A program made the translations under genes and the position numbers. A stretch of 64,000 nt of DNA from Mercenaria mercenaria (Eukaryota). This document shows, one piece after another, positions 60,906 to 64,000 of the stretch. The stretch is taken from positions 83,339,972 to 83,403,971 of the forward strand of contig NC_069364.1 of the NCBI RefSeq assembly GCF_021730395.1, in the 5' to 3' direction. Under the pieces are notes generated by a model. It saw only the letters and a program-made list of their open reading frames with translations. It searched no databases and was not told the origin of the DNA. Position 1 is the first letter of the stretch; each line of letters opens with the position of its first letter.

Positions 60906-62808
60906 AACAAGAGGACCATGATGGTCCTGAATCGCTCACCTATCCCCACATGACCCAGTGTTGAACTGAGTATGACATCGTTATTTCTATTATTTGACAA
61001 AGTGACCTAGTTTTTCAGCACATGTGACATAGATATCATCAAGATAACAAATTCTGACCAATTTTCATGAAGATCCATTGAAAAATATGGCCTCTAGAGA
61101 GGTCACAAGGTTTTTCTATTATTTGACCTAATGACCTAGTTTTTGAAGGCACGTGACCCACTTTTAAACTTGACCTAGATATCATCAAGGTGAACATTCT
61201 CACCAATTTTCATGAAGATCTCGTGAAAAATATGGCCTCTAGAGAGGTCACAAGGTTTTTCTATTTTTCGACCTACTGACCTAGTTTTTGACGGCAAATG
61301 ACCCAGTTACGAACCTGACCTAGATATCATCAAGCTGAACAGTCTCACCAATTTTCATGAAGATCCATAGAGAAATATGGCCTCTAGAGAGGTCACAAGG
61401 TTTTTCTATTTTTAGACCTACTGACCTAGTTTTTGACCCCACGTGACCCAGTTTCAAACCTGACCTAGATATCATCAAGATGAACCTTCTGACCAATATT
61501 CATGAAGATCTCATGAAAAATATGGCCTCTAGACAGGTAACAAGGTTTTTCTATTTTTAGATCTACTGACCTAGTTTTTAACCCCACGTGACCCAGTTTC
61601 GAACTTGATCTAGATATCATCAAGGTTAACATTCTGACCAATTTTCATGAAGATCCATTGAAAAATATGGCCTCTAGAGAGGTAACAAGGTTTTTCTATT
61701 TTTAGACCTACTGACCTAGTTTTTGACCGCACATGACCCAGTTTCAAACTTGACCTAGATATCATCAAGATGAACATTCTGACCAATTTTCATGAAGATC
61801 CATTGAGAAATATGGCCTCTAGAGAGGTCACAAGGTTTTTCTATTTTTAGACCTACTGACCTAGTTTTTGATCCCACATGACCCAGTATCGAACTTGACC
61901 TAGATATCATCAAGGTGAACATTCTGACCAATATTCATGAAGATCTCATGAAAAATATGGCCTCTAGAGAGGTCACAAGGTTTTTCTATTTTTAGATCTA
62001 CTGACCTAGTTTTTACCCCCACGTGACCCAGTTTCGAACTTGACCTAGATATCATCAAGCTGAACATTCTGACCAATTTTCATGAAGATCCATTGAGAAA
62101 TATGGCCTCTAGAGAGGTCACAAGGTTTTTCTATTTTTAGACCTAATGACCTAGTTTTTGACCCCACGTGACCCAGTTTCAAACTTGACCTAGATATCAT
62201 CAAGGTGAACATTCTGACCAATATTCATGAAGATCTCATGAAAAATATGGCCTCTAGAGAGGTCACAAGGTTTTTCTATTTTTAGACCTACTGACCTAGT
62301 TTTTGACCCCACATGACCCAGTTTCGAACTTGAGCTAGATATCATCAAGGTGAACACTCTGACCAATATTCATGAAGATCTCATGAAAAATATGGCCTCT
62401 AGAGAGGTCACAAGGTTTTTCTATTTTTAGACCTACTGACCTAGTTTTTGACCCCACATGACCCAGTTTCGAACTTGACCTAGATATCATCAAGGTGAAC
62501 ATTCTGACCAATTTTCATGAAGATCTTGTGAAATATATGGCCTCTTGAGAGGTCACAAGGTTTTTCTATTTTTAGACCTACTGACCTAGTTTTTGATGGC
62601 ACATGACCCAGTTTCGAACTTGACCTAGATATCATCAAGGTGAACATTCTGACCAATTTCAAAGATCCCATGAAAAATGTGACCTCTAGAGTGGTCACAA
62701 GCAAAAGTTTACGGACGCACGCACGCACGCACGCACGGACGACGGACGACGGACGCCGCGCGATCACAAAAGCTCACCTTGTCACTTTGTGACAGGTGAG
62801 CTAAAAAA
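60906..62808 (+). mobile_element. Helentron-like element with about 14 copies of a 120-bp array.
   Basis: 5' end AACAAGAGGACCATGATGGTCCTGAATCGCTCACCTATCC. 3' end (ACGC)5 GGACGACGGACGACGGACGCCGCGCGATCACAAAAGCTCACCTTGTCACTTTGTGACAGGTGAGCTAAAAAACAGG. Confidence 0.7.
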
Positions 62809-62983
62809 CAGGTCTGGAATTTAAATAGAACATAGAGTGAAATCTCCCTAAATGAAGATGCTATCTTTTCTCTTTACTTAATGCGCTTTTAGGAGCTTGA
62901 TGTACTGTTCACATTGATATGTGATTTCATCACAAAACTGCCAGTTTCAATTCTGTTGTTTATTATTTCTGTGTTCTTACAAA

Positions 62984-64000
62984 GAACAAGAGGACCATGA
63001 TGGTCCTGAATCGCTCACCTGTCCCCACATGACCCAGTTTTAAACCGAGTATGATGTCGTTTTTTTCTATTATTTGATATTGTGACCTAGTTTTTGAGCT
63101 CATGTGACCCAGTGTTGAATCTGATCTAGATATCATCAAGATAAAAATTCTAACCAATTTTCATGAAGATCCACTGAAAAATATGGCCTCTAGAGAGGTC
63201 ACAAGATTTTTTATTATTTGACCTACTGACTTAGTTATTGAAGGCACGTGACCCAGTTTCGAACAAGACCTAGGTATCATCAAGGTGAACATTCTGACCA
63301 ATTTTCATGAAGATCCATTCAAAAGTATGGCCTCTAGAGAGGTCACAAGGTTTTTCTATTTTTAGACCTACTGACCTAGTTTTTGACCGCAGTTGACCCA
63401 GTTTCAAACCTGACCTAGATATCATTAAGATGAACATTCAAACCAATTTTCATATAGTTCCCATGAAAAATATGGCCTCTAGAGAGGTCACAAGGCTTTT
63501 TAGCTATTTGACCTACTGACCTAGTTATTAAAAACACGTGACCAAGTTTCGAACAAGACCTAGATATCATCAAGGTGAACATTCTGACTTATTTTCATGA
63601 AGATCCGTTGAAAAGTATGGCCTCTAGAGAGGTCACAAGGTTTTTCAATTTTTAGACCTACTGACCTAGTTTTTGACCACAGTTGAACAAGTTTCGAAAT
63701 TGACCTAGATATCATCAAGATAAAAATTCTGACCAATTTTCATACAGATCCCATTAAAAATATGGCCTCTAGAGAGGTCACAAGGTTTTTTTGTTATCTG
63801 ACCTACTGACCTAGTTATTGAAGGCACGTGACCCAGTTTCGAAACTGACCTAGATATCATCAAGGTGAACACTCTAACCAATTTTCATGAAGATCCATTC
63901 ACAAGTATGGCCTCTAGAGAGGTCACAAGGTTTTTCTATTTTTAGACCTACTGACCTAGTTTTTGACCGCAGTTGACCCAGTTTCCAACTTGACCTAGAT
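62984..64000 (+). mobile_element. Second element of the same family, truncated by the window end.
   Basis: 5' end AACAAGAGGACCATGATGGTCCTGAATCGCTCACCTGTCC, followed by the same roughly 120-bp array. Confidence 0.65.

Noticed and set aside
1-64000. The expectation of a novel multi-gene 'system' (defence island, operon or biosynthetic cluster).
   Set aside because: The sequence is eukaryotic. It has canonical spliced exons, SINEs, MITEs and satellite-bearing rolling-circle elements, and coding density is roughly 1%. There are no contiguous ORF arrays, no RBS or operon structure and no prokaryotic signatures. The novelty here lies in repeat biology, not in an undescribed gene system.

Overview
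This window is eukaryotic nuclear DNA, not prokaryotic. It is AT-rich, holds spliced genes with canonical GT/AG introns and has very low coding density; its repeat content is most consistent with a bivalve-mollusc-type genome. I see no operon-like 'system' here. The only confidently coding sequence is the 3' end of an inhibitor-of-apoptosis (IAP/BIRC-type) gene on the + strand: four in-frame exons between 979 and 4726, the last encoding a classic IAP C-terminal C3HC4 RING finger. A second, unidentified gene fragment lies on the - strand as two in-frame exons (41343..41244 and 40089..39692). Well over half of the window is a mosaic of at least 25 non-autonomous, Helitron/Helentron-like elements. 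Each shares one architecture: an AACAAGAG(C/G) terminus (often followed by the palindrome GGACCATGATGGTCC), an internal satellite-like tandem array of 120-180 bp monomers (about 8 different array families), a (GACR)n/(GCCGAC)n microsatellite, a terminal hairpin and a GAGCTAAAAA or CATAAAAA end. These elements occur nested inside each other, in head-to-tail tandem runs and as composites carrying two different arrays. All clear copies left of about 20 kb are in one orientation and all copies right of about 22 kb are in the other. The window also contains a tRNA-derived SINE family with clean target-site duplications (including a SINE inside a SINE inside a Helentron-like element), Tc1/mariner-like MITEs with TA duplications, a 1.7-kb TIR element, foldback palindromes whose loop is inverted between two copies, a 40-bp minisatellite built around a GGACATGTCC palindrome, and several segmental or tandem duplications. 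Most six-frame ORFs of 60 aa or more are translation artefacts of tandem repeats.
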